Positions 11,450 to 25,245 of a DNA stretch of 63,526 nucleotides are shown here, one piece after another. The stretch's first letter is position 1, and every line of letters begins with the position of its first letter. Source of the stretch: Octopus bimaculoides (lineage: Eukaryota); the NCBI RefSeq assembly GCF_001194135.2, contig NC_068982.1:143806786-143870311 (forward strand), read 5' to 3'. The position numbers and the translations under genes were made by a program. Under the pieces are notes generated by a model. The model saw only the letters and a list, made by a program, of their open reading frames with translations, was not told where the DNA came from and made no database searches.

Positions 11450-13485
11450 TATCGGCGGGGATAAATCCACGATATCACGCTGTATAAAACTTTTTATGTA
11501 CCTTCTTTTTGAAGGATGTAGAGTCTCATTTAATCAAGCTTTTGACTACTATTTCTAACAGTGCTACTTTTAACAGTTCCATTGATAGTAAAGAGGATCG
11601 TTTAGTTGTTATTGTTAGCCACGTGTTAGCTCTATTAGAGCTGTTGTCTATTAACACGTGTTGCAGCTGCGACCACCCTGATATATGTGTATGTCTATGT
11701 TTGTATACAAAATGCGACTACCCAGATATTCGAAGTAATCTACATTTTCTACTCTCTGTCCCGGAATAATAGGCCAGGTTCCTGCATTTTGGGATTGGTA
11801 ATCAATGCAAGACCTTTATTTGTGTTGAAACTTAGACCAATATTTTCATAAGCGTCTCTGAAAATGTCGATAATTTTCTGTAGTCGTGTTGAAGTTTTCA
11901 TTCACTATAGCATCATTTTCATACTGAAGTTTAATTACTACATGTACTCGTTATCTTAGTTCTGGCACGCATTCTACCAGGGTTAAATAGCTTGTCATGT
12001 GCGCGGTATGAAATCTGGTTACCTGTTAGGAATTTGTTGACAGTAAACTCGAACATAGTAGAGAAGAAGATAGAAAACTGCGTAGGGGAATCTTCTGTTT
12101 CCTCTATTCCTCGCTTCAAACCGACCAGTTATAGGAGAGTGAACCACACTTAAGTTTAAGTATGAAGTACCAGCTGCGTAATTTTGAGGTATTTTTGCGT
12201 CAGCAAATTTTATCTTGCATTCTCCACATAGCTTCATGACGTCGAATATTGATTCGGTTCTTTTTTTGTTTTTGTTCCCAGAATTTTTCCTTTGGCTGGT
12301 GAGCACAGAAAATAATATAATAGTGTTCCTGGAAGGTTGAAACCTAGATAGATAATCATGTATGTGAGTCGCCAAATGTACGATATATCACTTGAGCAGA
12401 ATTCAAGCCAGAATTTTTTCCAGTTGTTTACAAAAATGAGAATACTCTGTAGTTGCCACAATCTGATTTAGTTTCCTCTCTTCAAGATTGTAATAGCTGT
12501 GTTTCCTATATCAGCTGAATTTTCCTTTCTTGTTCAGTTTATCAAAAGCAGTGCACGGTGCGTGTTAGTGTTTCACTCCCAAGCTTAAATATCTCTGCCA
12601 GAATCTATTGGATCTGATTTTGTTTGTTTTTCAGAAACCTAAGATGAAGAAAGTAAATCGGTCATCATTAACATTTTGTGTATTGTTGTCTAGAGATCTT
12701 TCGTTGGCGGTACAGTGACGATTAAGCAATTATAACTATTCGAAAGGTTTTTTTCCGTTAGCAATCGCTTTTTTATAAGTACTCCATCGTCTCTACATCT
12801 GAGAAGTGTCGTCTGTTGTGCAAACCCCATGGACTACTTTAGATGCCCTGAAGAAACCTCAAATATATATGTCAAATTAATTTCTAAATTTCAAGTGTTT
12901 CAGCATGTCACCAATTGATTTTCATTTCGCGGTTTTGTTTCTGGACTGCAGACTCTGCTCGCTGCAAAGCTTTCCTTTTGTGATTATTACCTTTGTCATT
13001 TTTGTAGGCATGAAAAGCCATACTCTTTCTGCCGATCATTTGCTTGATTTGGCTGTGAGTCTCATCAAAACCAGTCTCGGTATGTTCTTGCCGTGAATCC
13101 TGAAGATTTCTCACAGAGTAAGCTTGATTGTATTTAATGAGTACCGTTGCTTTCAACAGTACCGCAGTGTTTCAAGTTGACGGATGACAGTTTATTATCA
13201 AGACATTGTGTATACTTTCCATGTATTTGCTGGAACTATCAGAGATTCAATGTTGATTTTCTGTTGGTATCATTTCTACTGCGAAGTTTCTTTTGAGTCA
13301 ATTGAGTTGCTATTTTAGATAACAGCAATCAGTGCAACCTTTGGTTACTCAAGCAGACGAACATATGAATGTCATTATCTGATTTAAACTCCAAAACTTG
13401 TGGTGTATAAGTTGTTATAACCACTCTTTTATACGACTCAGAAACTAGGCAAGTTATTAGCGTTTGAGAAAAGTTATGCACATCC
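11450..13485 (-). mobile_element. RTE-clade LINE, decayed endonuclease-linker-RT segment (inverted portion)
   Basis: Minus-strand frames give QEHTETGFDETHSQIKQMIGRKSMAFHAYKND (linker), KSDCGNYR..TGKILA*ILL, PTQFSIFFSTM..SYRAHDKLFNPGRMRARTK, LQKIIDIFRDAYENIGLSFNTNK and VENVDYFEYLGS. These are hallmarks of RTE/BovB-like ORFs; many stops and frameshifts. Confidence 0.9.
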
Positions 13486-13890
13486 AGCACAACAGAGAGA
13501 ACACTGTCAGCATGCCAATATCTCCTACATTGAAACCACGATAGTGTAATATCAGCTTCGTTTGAATGGTCATGTTGTGCGAATATTGGACGATAATTTG
13601 CTCCAGTAACTGTTCTGCGAAAGGAGCGGTTCAAAGTCATGCGGACAAGAAATTTGAAAAGAAAAGGTGTGGTAATAATATGTATGAGTGGGAACTGTTT
13701 GCGATTAACCAATCTAAAAGGAGATGGAGACCAATATTTTGACACTGCACAAACTGAAGATCTTAACAGTAAACACGAGAGTAGAAAACATCATGAAGAG
13801 ACTAACACTGCGTCTACTATTAAGCGAAACTGCTAATTTCCGGCTTGCTGTTGAACTTGTAGAGCTTTCATTGGCCTCCAGAGTGACGTA
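13486..13890 (+). mobile_element. RTE-clade LINE, 3' terminal segment
   Basis: Plus frames give ANISYIETTIV*YQLRLNGHVVRILDDNLLQ*LF, EWELFAINQSKRRWR and TCRAFIGLQS, matching RTE C-terminal motifs QLRWxGHVxRM, WExxAxDRxxWR and CxSRIGLxSH. Confidence 0.85.
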
Positions 13891-14689
13891 TGTGTGTATG
13901 CATGCATGTGCGAGTGTACGCGTGTATGTGTGTGCGTATGTATATAAACAGGTATGCATACAATAGACGTGTGTATTTAATCTCTTTGAGATTTGTGGCT
14001 CGAAAGAGCTGTTAGTCGGTCGGTTTGAATCTAAAAATGGAATATTATGATAGAAACAAGAAGCTGTGTCACAGAGTAAGGCAGAGATTACGATGAAAAG
14101 CAAACAAAAATCAAAACAAATGACAAAATTTTATCTCAAGGGTAATGTGGCAGGAGATAATCTTTTTTCCATGTAGCACGGGAGCTTAAAATGTAAATTT
14201 CTGCAATTCTAGCCACACTCTGAAAAGACATGTAGAAGAGAGTTGTTGTGAGCTCTTAGTTCTCTTATCAGACTTCAAATCAAAGACATTAAAGCCGTGA
14301 TCATCCCGTCTTTTTTTTTTATAGACAATGCATCTACGAGAACATCATCCGATGTATCTATTATTTATTGTTTCCTTTTTAACTGACGGTTATTTTATTT
14401 TTACCATCTATTCAGGGAGTAAAGGGCAGCGTCCATGTCCCAATCTTTTCAAAGTCTTTTAAAAATTATTAGAGGAAGTGATTAAGTTATCTGAAAGCTA
14501 AGACCCAACCCGAATGTTTTCAACAACGTGAACTCCGATAAAGGCAACCAAGAACCAGGTGGTGATGTTAAACCGGACTGTAACTCAACACTGTGACGGT
14601 TTTACCGCCCAAAAGCTTCTATCACAAAAATCCAGAACAAATACCACAAGATATTATGCCCGATGCTCTAATTTCACCAATCCCAGACC

Positions 14690-14820
14690 ATAGAATTGTA
14701 CTATGAACGATTCTGAAAGGATGAAAGATGAAGCTGACCAGGGTGGGATTTGAACTCGGAGCGCAAGAAGGCCGAAGCAAATACCACAAGTTAATTTGTC
14801 CCTTGCTCTAATGCAGCCTA
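14690..14820 (-). mobile_element. SINE family A
   Basis: gaaaggatgaaagatgaagctgaccagggtgggatttgaactcgg is the reverse complement of the family A core. Confidence 0.75.
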
Positions 14821-15628
14821 ATTGGTTACTAAGTTTAGCAAGTCGAGTGTCCTCATAGAAATTCCCTTGTTGGCTAATAGGAATGATTTGATTATGTTCC
14901 GTGAGTTAAAAACAAAAAACAAAAAACTATCCTTGAATGACAGACTAATGTTGAGACCAACGAATGTCTTGCATACTTATATCTTCATTAATTCTACTCC
15001 CTAAAATCACATCATACCATTAGTTTGGATTGGAAATGCTGACTCAAAGTGCCGTACTTTGGATTCGTACGCGGAACCACGTAATTTAGAAGAGAACTTC
15101 TTAACCAGACATCAATGCATATGCACTTGAGAAAGACATTACTGAAATTGTCTCTTCAACCTGGAATCGAAACCATGTCCGCTGACTCAAATCATCAGGC
15201 GTTAAAAGCCTTCCTTTACAGCGTTTGTTGATATATTACACGAATTGTTGATATATTTCATAGAAAGACGGTTGTATCTACTGTAAATGGAGAAAATGGA
15301 GTTGTTGTCTTGGCTTCAGATCAACCTTGATCATACAGACCTATGAATAAAGGAAATAAAGGAATTTCAGATGTGACTAACTCTTTATTAGGGGTAGCTA
15401 AGACTATGATAGTAATGATGTCTTACAATTTCAAAAGAGTTTACGATGGGATTTGAGAGAGAATTGTCTTCTGTACTGCTTTGTTGCTTCGAAAATGGTT
15501 GGGGTGGGGTTTGATGTCATGTGATGCTCTTGCTTTTTTTATTGTTTTTAACTCTACAACATTAGTTGACGCTGTTCTAACGTATTCCAGCCAGTAGATG
15601 TTGAACTACACACAGATACACATATATA

Positions 15629-15845
15629 GGCACAAGAGTGGCAGTGTGGTAAGAAGTTTGCTTCCCTACCACATGGTTCCGGGTTCAGTTCCACTGCGTG
15701 GCACCTTGGGCAAGTGTCTTCTACCATAGCCTCGAGCTTTGTGATTGGATTTGGTAGACGGAAACGGAAAGAACCCCGTCGTACATGTGTGTGTGTGTGT
15801 GTGTCTTACAATTTTAAAAGAGTTTACGATGGGATTTGAGAGAGA

Positions 15846-15927
<82 letters not shown>

Positions 15928-16100
15928 AGCACCACCGCATTACAACCGATATGCTTACGTCCCCGTAACATAGCGGTTTGGCAAAAGGGTCCGATAGATT
16001 AATTACCAGACTTTAAAAAATAAAAGAGTACTGGGAGCTATTCATTCAACAAACATTCCTCAAGGCGGTGCCCCAGCATGGGTGCAGCCTAATGACTGTG
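15629..16100 (+). mobile_element. SINE family B, near full length, with central (TG)n
   Basis: Head ggcacaagagtggcagtgtggtaagaag...gggttcagttccactgcgtggcaccttgggcaagtg; central TG array; tail aaggcggtgccccagcatgg...aatgactg. Confidence 0.9.
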
Positions 16101-19100
16101 ACTTGCTTGCTAACACCTATTGAAATGCTCGTGTAAAGCGATTTAAAAGTGTAATGACATGTTTATTAGAGGAAACTTCAGTTCGACATCCAATCTTAAA
16201 CTGTTTCATAGATCAGCTAATTAGAGTTTTAGCTGTGATTGTCATTGTGTGTCATGGCATTGATGCCTTCTTTTGTTATTCAGTATCACCAGACGTACAA
16301 TAATAAATAATTAAAATATTGAAACGTAGAAGCAGTGGATAAGTATCCCACCTGTTTTATCTATCCTGCAGCAAAACTACCGCCTAACTTCATCATAACA
16401 CTTGTCAGCATATCGTTGTAAAGAATTGTAACAAATAGAAGAACAGATCAAGAGGATCAATAACCAACCTAATAATCCATATTCTCATTAGGAAGTAATC
16501 TTTAATCTTTTCTCTTCTCACTTCTGACGATCTTTTTTTCAATTAGTGACCTTCTATTGACTTCATTAATGAACGAAAGTTAAGTCAATAAACTTCAACA
16601 GGCGTCATTACTAATGTTTCTGTCTACTTCTCCATCATCACCACCTCCACCATCATCTCTGATAAAAAAAAAAGAAAGGAACATCAGTCGTAGATTCAAA
16701 TGTGTAATTATGTAATCACTTCGGCTCCATTTCGCCATAAATATAAGACATATGGATGCGAGAATGTTGTTACATTGCAGCTATGATGTTGAACTCACTT
16801 CTTTCTCTTCTGCAGTCTGGCGCCCAAACCAATGGGTTACGTGAACAGCTCTCTGTCTCTCTCTCTCTCTCTCTCTTCATTTTCATTATTTTAACAAAGA
16901 CTTGGACTTGCAGCTCATGTAATTGCAATTTGAAGAGAAATTCCAATAATAATAAAAAAAGATAACAAAATTTTTTTTAAATGTGTTAGACAGATGATTG
17001 TTTTGCTCTTTTCATTATTTTCCTAATTATTTCTTTTAAAAAGAAAACCAAAGTTCTTTTTATCGTCTGTATGGCGTCATTGAAACCGATCCTACACTAA
17101 AGAAACAAACAACTTTGAGCAACTCTGTAAATAATTGATATTTTCTTTTAGTTAACTTCGATTTAATTTTCAGCTAAAATGAATGCAATTAAAATATTTC
17201 TTAATAAAACGTCTCCAAGATATTCGATGCGATTCACTAAGTTAGATATTAGTCTATAGAAAAAAAATAAAGATTAAATTTAGATACTGCGTGTTGTGAA
17301 CATTTCTCAGAAACAAACAAGGACAAAATATTTTGAAGAAGGAAAACTAAAGCAATTTTACACAAAAGCTCTATATTTTCGAGAAAGGGAAGAAAATGTC
17401 ATGTCGTGACGTTTATGCTGTTCTTAAATGTATTAACAGAGTGTTAGAGCTACGTTACTGTAAATCGAAATAGAGTAGCGACTCACCAGAATTTGTTGCC
17501 TCTTATTTTGAGCAAGAGTCAATGAAAAAGTTTCTGACATGGTCACTTGCCAAATCTCATTCAGATCCCATTCTTGCTATTTATTTTATAGGAAGATGCG
17601 TGGATTAATGTAGTCCTACATAAACTCTAAGAAAAAGCGGTATAGTTATGAATGGAACGCTATTGATCGAGGTCTGCCCTGACTGGAGTGAAATGTGTGT
17701 ATCTCTAACTGAACGAAGAAATATTGATTAATTTTAAATCATCACAAAGCAAATTTCTTTAAGATAGAGGCATAATATATGACTGCTACGTATTCTGATA
17801 TTCTCGGTAGAACATTAAAAGCAACGTCTACTTTATTAAGATTTTATGATAACAATAGAATGAAGACACAGGGATATAACTCAATACAGTACAGCTTTTG
17901 TCCAGTAGTCTAGTGTTTTGTTTTTTATTTTTCTTTGCTAATATTTTAACAAATATGTTTTTTTTTTAAATCAGTGCAGAAATATTAACCTAATTGGCTC
18001 ATAGTAAAAACATCGTTTCATAGCGATTTCCTCTTTAGTAAACAATCTCCTCTTTTCTAATTATCACAAAATTGCTTAGATGAAATCCTCTCCACAAGCC
18101 AGCTGAATTTTATTGGTTTGATAACGCGCGGGATTGGGACTGAAAATGGTTTTAAACCGGAATTTTTTATGCGACTTTTTATATCAAGTTAATTTTATTT
18201 TCATCCAGAAGATTTTGAATGACGAGTTCCATATCCGGCTGGATCACTAGGGATAATTTTCAAGACGTCGACTTCATGCAGAGTATTTTGTGCAATTCAT
18301 GCTACATAATCCACCTCGTATTAATTTATGAACAGGGTTTGAAACCAGTAGTCACCTTTTCCTTTATAGCAATGAGATCTATCTATTAGGATTAACAAAT
18401 AATTCCAATAAATACAGTTAATATGAAATATTTATTGGGTGGAAATAGATATCTCTTGCATAGTAGAGGTACCACTGAAGATTTTGTTTTCATATTGGGT
18501 AGCTAATCATTTCGGTAACATTCAGTCCTTTCCGAACCATGCATACAGGAAGGGCTGACCGAATGAAACACATTAATTTTATGTTAACATTGCTCAGTGG
18601 GACGAACTCTTTGACTGTGATATTTACAGGTCAGTGGACTGGACTTTTAAGAGTTAAGTGATTGGCTATGGACATAGATAGAGCAAGCATCCGTAAAACA
18701 ACTCAGAGTGTGGACCCTTCAGTTATTAATCTGACTTCTTTTCTAAATCAGACGCCTATCAACTGTAAAATTAGATTGTAAAATCATAAACACGAGTATG
18801 TTAAGTGTTGTACGTCATTAAAAATTCGAGTGTCATAAATATGATTCTATTCCATAGCTCTTGTTTGTAGCGTAAGCATCAGACTTTTACATACTATTGA
18901 CTATATTTGAAACTAAAAGTAGAATATTTTCCAACATTCACAAATACAAAAAATAGTTGGTCTCTAAACTTCAAAACAAAACAAAAGATAAATACAAGCC
19001 AGTTATTTATTTTTTTTCTAAAACACCCACAGCTCATAAATATTTAAAAAATACAATAACGCTTAATGATATTAAAGTAATGTTTTGTTGGTATTGTTTA

Positions 19101-20211
19101 ACAGTAGGTCGCCATAAGAAAACAATCAACACTAGTTTGTATGAATGCCTCGATTATATGCAACAGTTTAGTTCACAGTGTGTTGTATCAGAGAGCTGCC
19201 AAGAATCTCACTTCCAGACGACTGGGTGTGGTGTTGGTGTCCGGTCTCCGACACTACGCTGCACCATTGGTCGAGATACCTAACATTTACGGCCCAATCT
19301 ATCTAGCTGTAAATCAGTAACATATGATTGTCGCTACAGGGTGTGTTGCCATGCTCAACCTACTACTCTGGCATAAACATAATTCAAAAATAAACTTTAA
19401 ACTATTTCCGTATATAGAATACGACTTCAGCCTGACTTAATCGTTGTTTCTTAGTGTGCAATATTAAATTTGAAAGTAAATTACGACCAGATTATATTAT
19501 ATTGCAAAAAGAGAATTATTATAACACAAATTTTCCATTTTTGGTAAATGTGCGGCGCTCGTCTAGTCCAAATATATACGCCCTTCCTGTAAATAGGTAA
19601 CATTAACCAAGCATAACTCTTTAATGTTAAGGTCACTTGATAATAAATGAATGCTTTCTGGAAACCTATTCCTATGTACACTTTGCTGAAAGTTCTATAG
19701 ATATTTCATTTTTTGTATCACTACAGCTTCTTAATTTGATAATGATCCTATCATTTCACTTACCTGTCTTGTCGGTACCTTGTGGATAATTCGACAGAGT
19801 ACAGGAAGAACAGCTGAGTAACAGTAGTTCATAGTCCATAATCTCCACTGCATTATAACTGGAAACGTCTAATCTTAACTAAACACAATGGGTGTTATGA
19901 TTCAAAATTGTAAGCGGCGGTTGCACTTTAAAAAGAACGAGTGCTTTGTTTACTTAAAGTAAGTTCAAATCCTCCCATAGAAAAATCTACGTGTGAAAAC
20001 CCAGGATCGCACTCTGGTAGAGATTTATCTTATTGGAAGTAAATACCACATCGCTGTGGATACTAGTGATTTAGAAATAATTATCTTCCCCCATCGTAGT
20101 TTAACACTGCATCCAAGAGGATCAAACTGAAACCTGTGATGTACTTCCCCTGCGTGTGTGTATGTGTGTGCATTCATCTGTTTGTGTGTGTCTTTGTGTA
20201 TGCGCGTATGC

Positions 20212-20249
<38 letters not shown>

Positions 20250-22586
20250 TCACTATTCTCAAAAACAGACTTTGAGAATGAATAGTAATAAATAAAAATT
20301 GTTTTCACAACTATACCCGGCTGGTCATAAAAAAAAATCGCTTTGCAATTTTGTAGTCTTGGAATCGGTTCCACCATATGGTATTTTGGATAAGTACCTT
20401 TTACCATAGATTCAAGTTGATCCGTATTGTTTTAGTAAAACTGTCAGACGGAGGCTGAGCCAATGCGTATTTTATATTATATACAAACTAAGGCGTTAAA
20501 AATTGCACCCAAATTTCTCTTAAATCAAAACCGACAAGAAAAAAAAAAGAAACAGAAAAAGAAGATATTCGATAAATGTAATAGACCTGCATGCACTTTT
20601 ACTGAAACATATTAGACAGTCACGGCTGGAATGCTTGTGATCACAGGTCTGCTCGATAATAGCCAACCTTGGGCTAAACAATAACAACGTTGCCATTAAA
20701 GACGTGATAAACTGAAGCATTAAACTGTATCAATCGTAAATTTAAGTCACGGTTTGCAGTAGATATTTATCTGAAGATACAAACAGAGTAGTTTGTGGAG
20801 AGATTTAATGTTTCAGCTATTAACCCAATAAAATGTTTTGCAGCATTACTGATTCATGTCACCAACATTCTCTGATTACAAAAACATGGATTATTAACGA
20901 TTATTAGCATTTTCCTAATTAGATACGAAGGTTTTGGCAAAATAAAGTTAAGTATCGTGGGCAGGAACACAACCTAGTATAATGCTTGTTTGTTATTTAA
21001 CCAGAAGTGTGCTGTTATATTATATTCACATCGCTAGCAATAAATAAATGTTATGAATAATACTACAGTATTCCTCAAATTTACAAGGAAGAAGAATAAC
21101 TATTTGCATTTCATGCGTTGCTCAAGAACATTAATAACTTAACTAAAAAGAAATATGTGTTACTGAGAATCTAAATTTACTCGTATGTATGTGTGAGGGG
21201 GGGGGGGAGGCGTGTGTGTGTGTAACAACAAGATATGTGACACAAGCCCACAAATGTGGCAGGAAGGAATATTGGTGATTGAATTTCTGGTAACAATTCA
21301 GGCCCGTCGCCAAACATTTTGTGCCTGGCGGTGCTTCAGAATATTCTGGTTGAGCACTAATTTGTATTGCGAGAAGATTTTTGTAAACTGTATTTTCTAA
21401 ATTTGAGGGTTCACCATTGCATAGTGAGGGGACATTGCCATCTAGTGCACCCCCTTAGTGATGGTCGTGTATCTATTTTATCGACCACAAAGTGAGGTAA
21501 GATGAATTCTGATTCGACGGGGTTGTGAGCGCTCAGAATGTAAAGGGACGTAACTAAATATTGTAAGGTCCTGTCCCTCATTATTATTGCTGTTATTGTT
21601 ATTGTTATTATTTCGTTCCCATTACTACTGGCCAGAAATTTGCACGGATTAGGTGTAGTTCATTGAGAGTTATTTGGTTTTTATTTTATAAACCCGAAGG
21701 ACACGCAGCCGTTTCTGGCATTTCTCTGCCGTCATTTATTTATTGATTGTTATTTATTAGTATCATGAGACACAAACTGTAGAGGAAGACAAAATTGACT
21801 GACTAATTCCAGACTTATTTCGTCGTCACAAGGAGAATGAAATCGCTGAGATTTGAACTCAGAACATAAAGAAACGTAACTTATAATGGTATTGTTTTAA
21901 TTGACTGTACTTCTCCACCGAGGAAAATGTTCTAGTTTCTTCCAATAGACTGTATACCTTCCCATTCGAAAATTGGTTTTGTTCTTTCCAATAAACTATT
22001 TACTTCTGCAATAATTAGTCTTGTTGAGCCATAATTGGTCTAGTCAATGGTCGATGGTCTATGTGTTTGCAGCTTCGTTACTAATTGTATGTAGTGTAAC
22101 AACATACACTGCATTCACACACCACATTTACACACAAACACACACACACGCGCGCACGCACACACGCACAGCTATACACGTACACATTCACATACACAAT
22201 AAAATATTTACATGCATAATTAGTCATTGCTTGTCCTCAAATTGAATCAATTCTGGATGACCGATATATCACCGTATAACAAGAGCTTATATTTTCGCCA
22301 GATCTCAACTGTTCTATTTGTATGTAGCATATCTCTTAGTAATTGTTCCTTTGTACCAGCATAAATCTACTTTTGTTATACAGTTTTCGTTGTAGCTCGC
22401 AGGAATAACAAGTAATGTTTGTTTAGACATATATAATGTATGCATGTGTAGTTGTGTGATTAAGAAGCTAACTACGCAACCCAGTGGTATCTGTAATTCC
22501 ATTGCAAAGTACCTTCAGCAAATGTGTTCTACCATGGTCTTTGTGCCTAATAACTCGTAGAATTTAGTTGGTGGTCATTGTGTAGA

Positions 22587-22632
<46 letters not shown>

Positions 22633-23699
22633 GTGGATGAAGGCATGCATGTAGTGGCATTTATGTTTACATTTACACTGGTCTAAAAAAAAACTGGTAT
22701 TATGTTTGTGCAGTAACCTAGCGGTTCGACAGATGTAGATAAATAAAGGAATCAGAGCAAAGCGCAGCATCGTCCCAGCACATTCACTGTCCAATGAATG
22801 ATAAAAATAATAAGTTAAAATAATGTTAGGATGGACGGATGTCTATGCAGCAAATCTCTCGTGATAAAGGGAAGACGACATTTGTGACGCATGAAAGTGA
22901 AGTGAAAAAGCGCGAACATGCCCATTCGCCAACCGTAGTAGCTGCTGAGCACTAACAGTAGATCAATTATGTAGTAATTATTACCGCAACGGATGCATTT
23001 TCATCATGAGTTCAGAATATTTTTTTACCAACATCTCAGATTCTGACATTTACCAACAGGTACCACAGTTCTGAGCTGCAGTTATAGTTAGGCACTGAAA
23101 CAGATGCAACGATTAACGACCTTCTATAGTCATAGTTTTGTGAGTTAGAACTTTTATAACAAACTATATTAACTAATTTCTCTGCTTAGTTTTCATAAAA
23201 AGTACGTAGTAGAGTATAAAATAATATTTGTAGATGCTTGCATGATGCAAACTCGTCAGTATGAAAGTACACTTTATACAGAATCATTTGCATGGGATTA
23301 TAGGCCATACAGACTCATTTGCATGAACGCACATACTATGCAGACTTATGTATATGCACGTAAGCATTATTCCAATTCATCTATATGAACCTATAGATGA
23401 TAACATTTCTATAAAACTGCATTCTAATCTGTAATCAACATGCTTAGAAATTCCCGACAACGAAATTTGAATCTGTTTTACATGTAAACATTAACCTTTT
23501 GTCGATCAGGCTTGTCACATGTAAATTAATTTAACGACAAGTAGAAAATATATTTTCTCATTCTATGATTATAAATAGAATAAACCATCTTTTCAATTAT
23601 TCACCATAATCTGTTTGGCAGAATTTGTATTTTCTGCTGATATTTATGCTGCTATGTATATGCATGTGTGCGTGGTATATATATATATATATATATTTC

Positions 23700-23905
23700 T
23701 TTATTGCTCACGGGAAACTAAACATAGAGGGGACAAACAAGGACAGACAAAGGGATTAAGTCGTAATTGGTACTTATTTAATCGACTCCGAAAGGATGAA
23801 AGGCAAAGTCGACCTCGGTGGAATTTGAACTCGAACGTAACAGCAGACGAAATACCGCTAAGCATTTTGCCTGGCGTGCTAATGATTCTGGCAGCTTGCT
23901 GTTAT
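23700..23905 (-). mobile_element. SINE family A, low divergence
   Basis: cgactccgaaaggatgaaaggcaaagtcgacctcggtggaatttgaactcgaacgtaacagcagacgaaataccgctaagcattttgcctggcgtgctaatgattctggcagcttgc. Confidence 0.9.
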
Positions 23906-24165
23906 TTATTTNNNNNNNNNNNNNNNNNNNNNNNNNNNNNNNNNNNNNNNNNNNNNNNNNNNNNNNNNNNNNNNNNNNNNNNNNNNNNNNNNNNNNNNNN
24001 NNNNNNNNNNNNNNNNNNNNNNNNNNNNNNNNNNNNNNNNNNNNNNNNNNNNNNNNNNNNNNNNNNNNNNNNNNNNNNNNNNNNNNNNNNNNNNNNNNNN
24101 NNNNNNNNNNNNNNNNNNNNNNNNNNNNNNNNNNNNNNNNNNNNNNNNNNNNNNNNNNNNNNNNN

Positions 24166-24482
24166 TCAGCCTTCCTCAGTAGCTGAGCTGTTGCAACGAG
24201 ACGATCTTCTTTGTGAAGCTTCGCTGGATTGCTTCAAGGTTCGCTATTAATTTCACACTGTTGGTTGACCATAGCTGGGAGTGTAATCCAGGCGACTGAG
24301 GACGAATGTCCTCCAGAGGACCATCATGGTTTCCTTCTCTCTGGTTCTGAACGTTCTCAGGATCCAGCCAGCCAATCGACTGCACTTTGTCGCCATCCTG
24401 GTAATGTGCACTTGGAAAGAGGTATCATCACTCATGTCGATACCCAGGTCCCTCACTGATTTAGACTCTGGGATTGTAATAA
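24166..24482 (-). mobile_element. CR1/L2-group LINE RT C-terminal fragment
   Basis: KSVRDLGIDMSDDTSFQVHITRMATKCSRLAGWILRTF..LWRTFVLSRLDY, then after a frameshift SQLWS..IANLEAIQRSFTKKI..LQQLSY. Matches CR1 motifs KDLG, R.HLEY..QVWSP, LE.VQRRFTK. Cut by a gap. Confidence 0.9.
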
Positions 24483-25204
24483 CTAAGCAAGTTATTCGCT
24501 GCTCCATCACAAAAAAGTAAGCATTTATTAGGGAAGAATAATATAAAATTGCGTGAATCTGAGCAATCGAAAGCTGTGATAGACGTATGATATTCTTTGA
24601 TCTGATTGAACTAGACAAATGTTGCCTTGTATGCAATATGTTAAAATTGCTTTTCTTTGTGGCGGGCGATGAAAATATATATTCGTTTCCTATGAATAGA
24701 CCTCTAGCTAATATTTTCTTTGTATAGGAGCACAATCTATTATAACTACTCCAAAAGAAATAGCAGCTAAATTTATCTTAAACAATACCCTACTGTCTTA
24801 AAAAAAAGAACTTATTTGATACTGAAATTCTTAATATTAGAAAATATGGAATGGAACGCTTGTGATCGTAAAATTTGCTCGGCCAAGGCTACCATGTGAC
24901 AAACATAAACAAAACAGCAACTAGTACTTACCAAGCCAAAAAGAGAGTCTCTACATTGGCAAGATGTAACAATCACGTCTTCCTTAAATATCACAAGGTA
25001 CTTCATTTTACTTTGCTCCAAACTACTCAGCTGTGATGAGTACCAACCAAGGTGTTGGTGCCGCCCTCACTCCCTCCAGCTGTCACTTCCTGGCTATTCT
25101 ACTGGATCAAGAATGGGCCCAAGTGGGTATCTATGTGTGCTCGCGACTTCATAAGCATCTAAAACAATTAGCAAAAACATAGTACATAGTACTAATATAT
25201 ATAA

Positions 25205-25245
<41 letters not shown>

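Noticed and set aside
10693-11558. Long ORFs of 200-330 aa here and at 25.1-26.0, 28.8-29.8, 40.0-41.0 kb and other gaps
   Set aside because: They are open only because they cross N runs.
11509-11650. Plus-strand SKEDRLVVI as an RTE endonuclease piece, implying an internal inversion
   Set aside because: The minus strand here continues the post-RT region better, and no GDFN motif follows.
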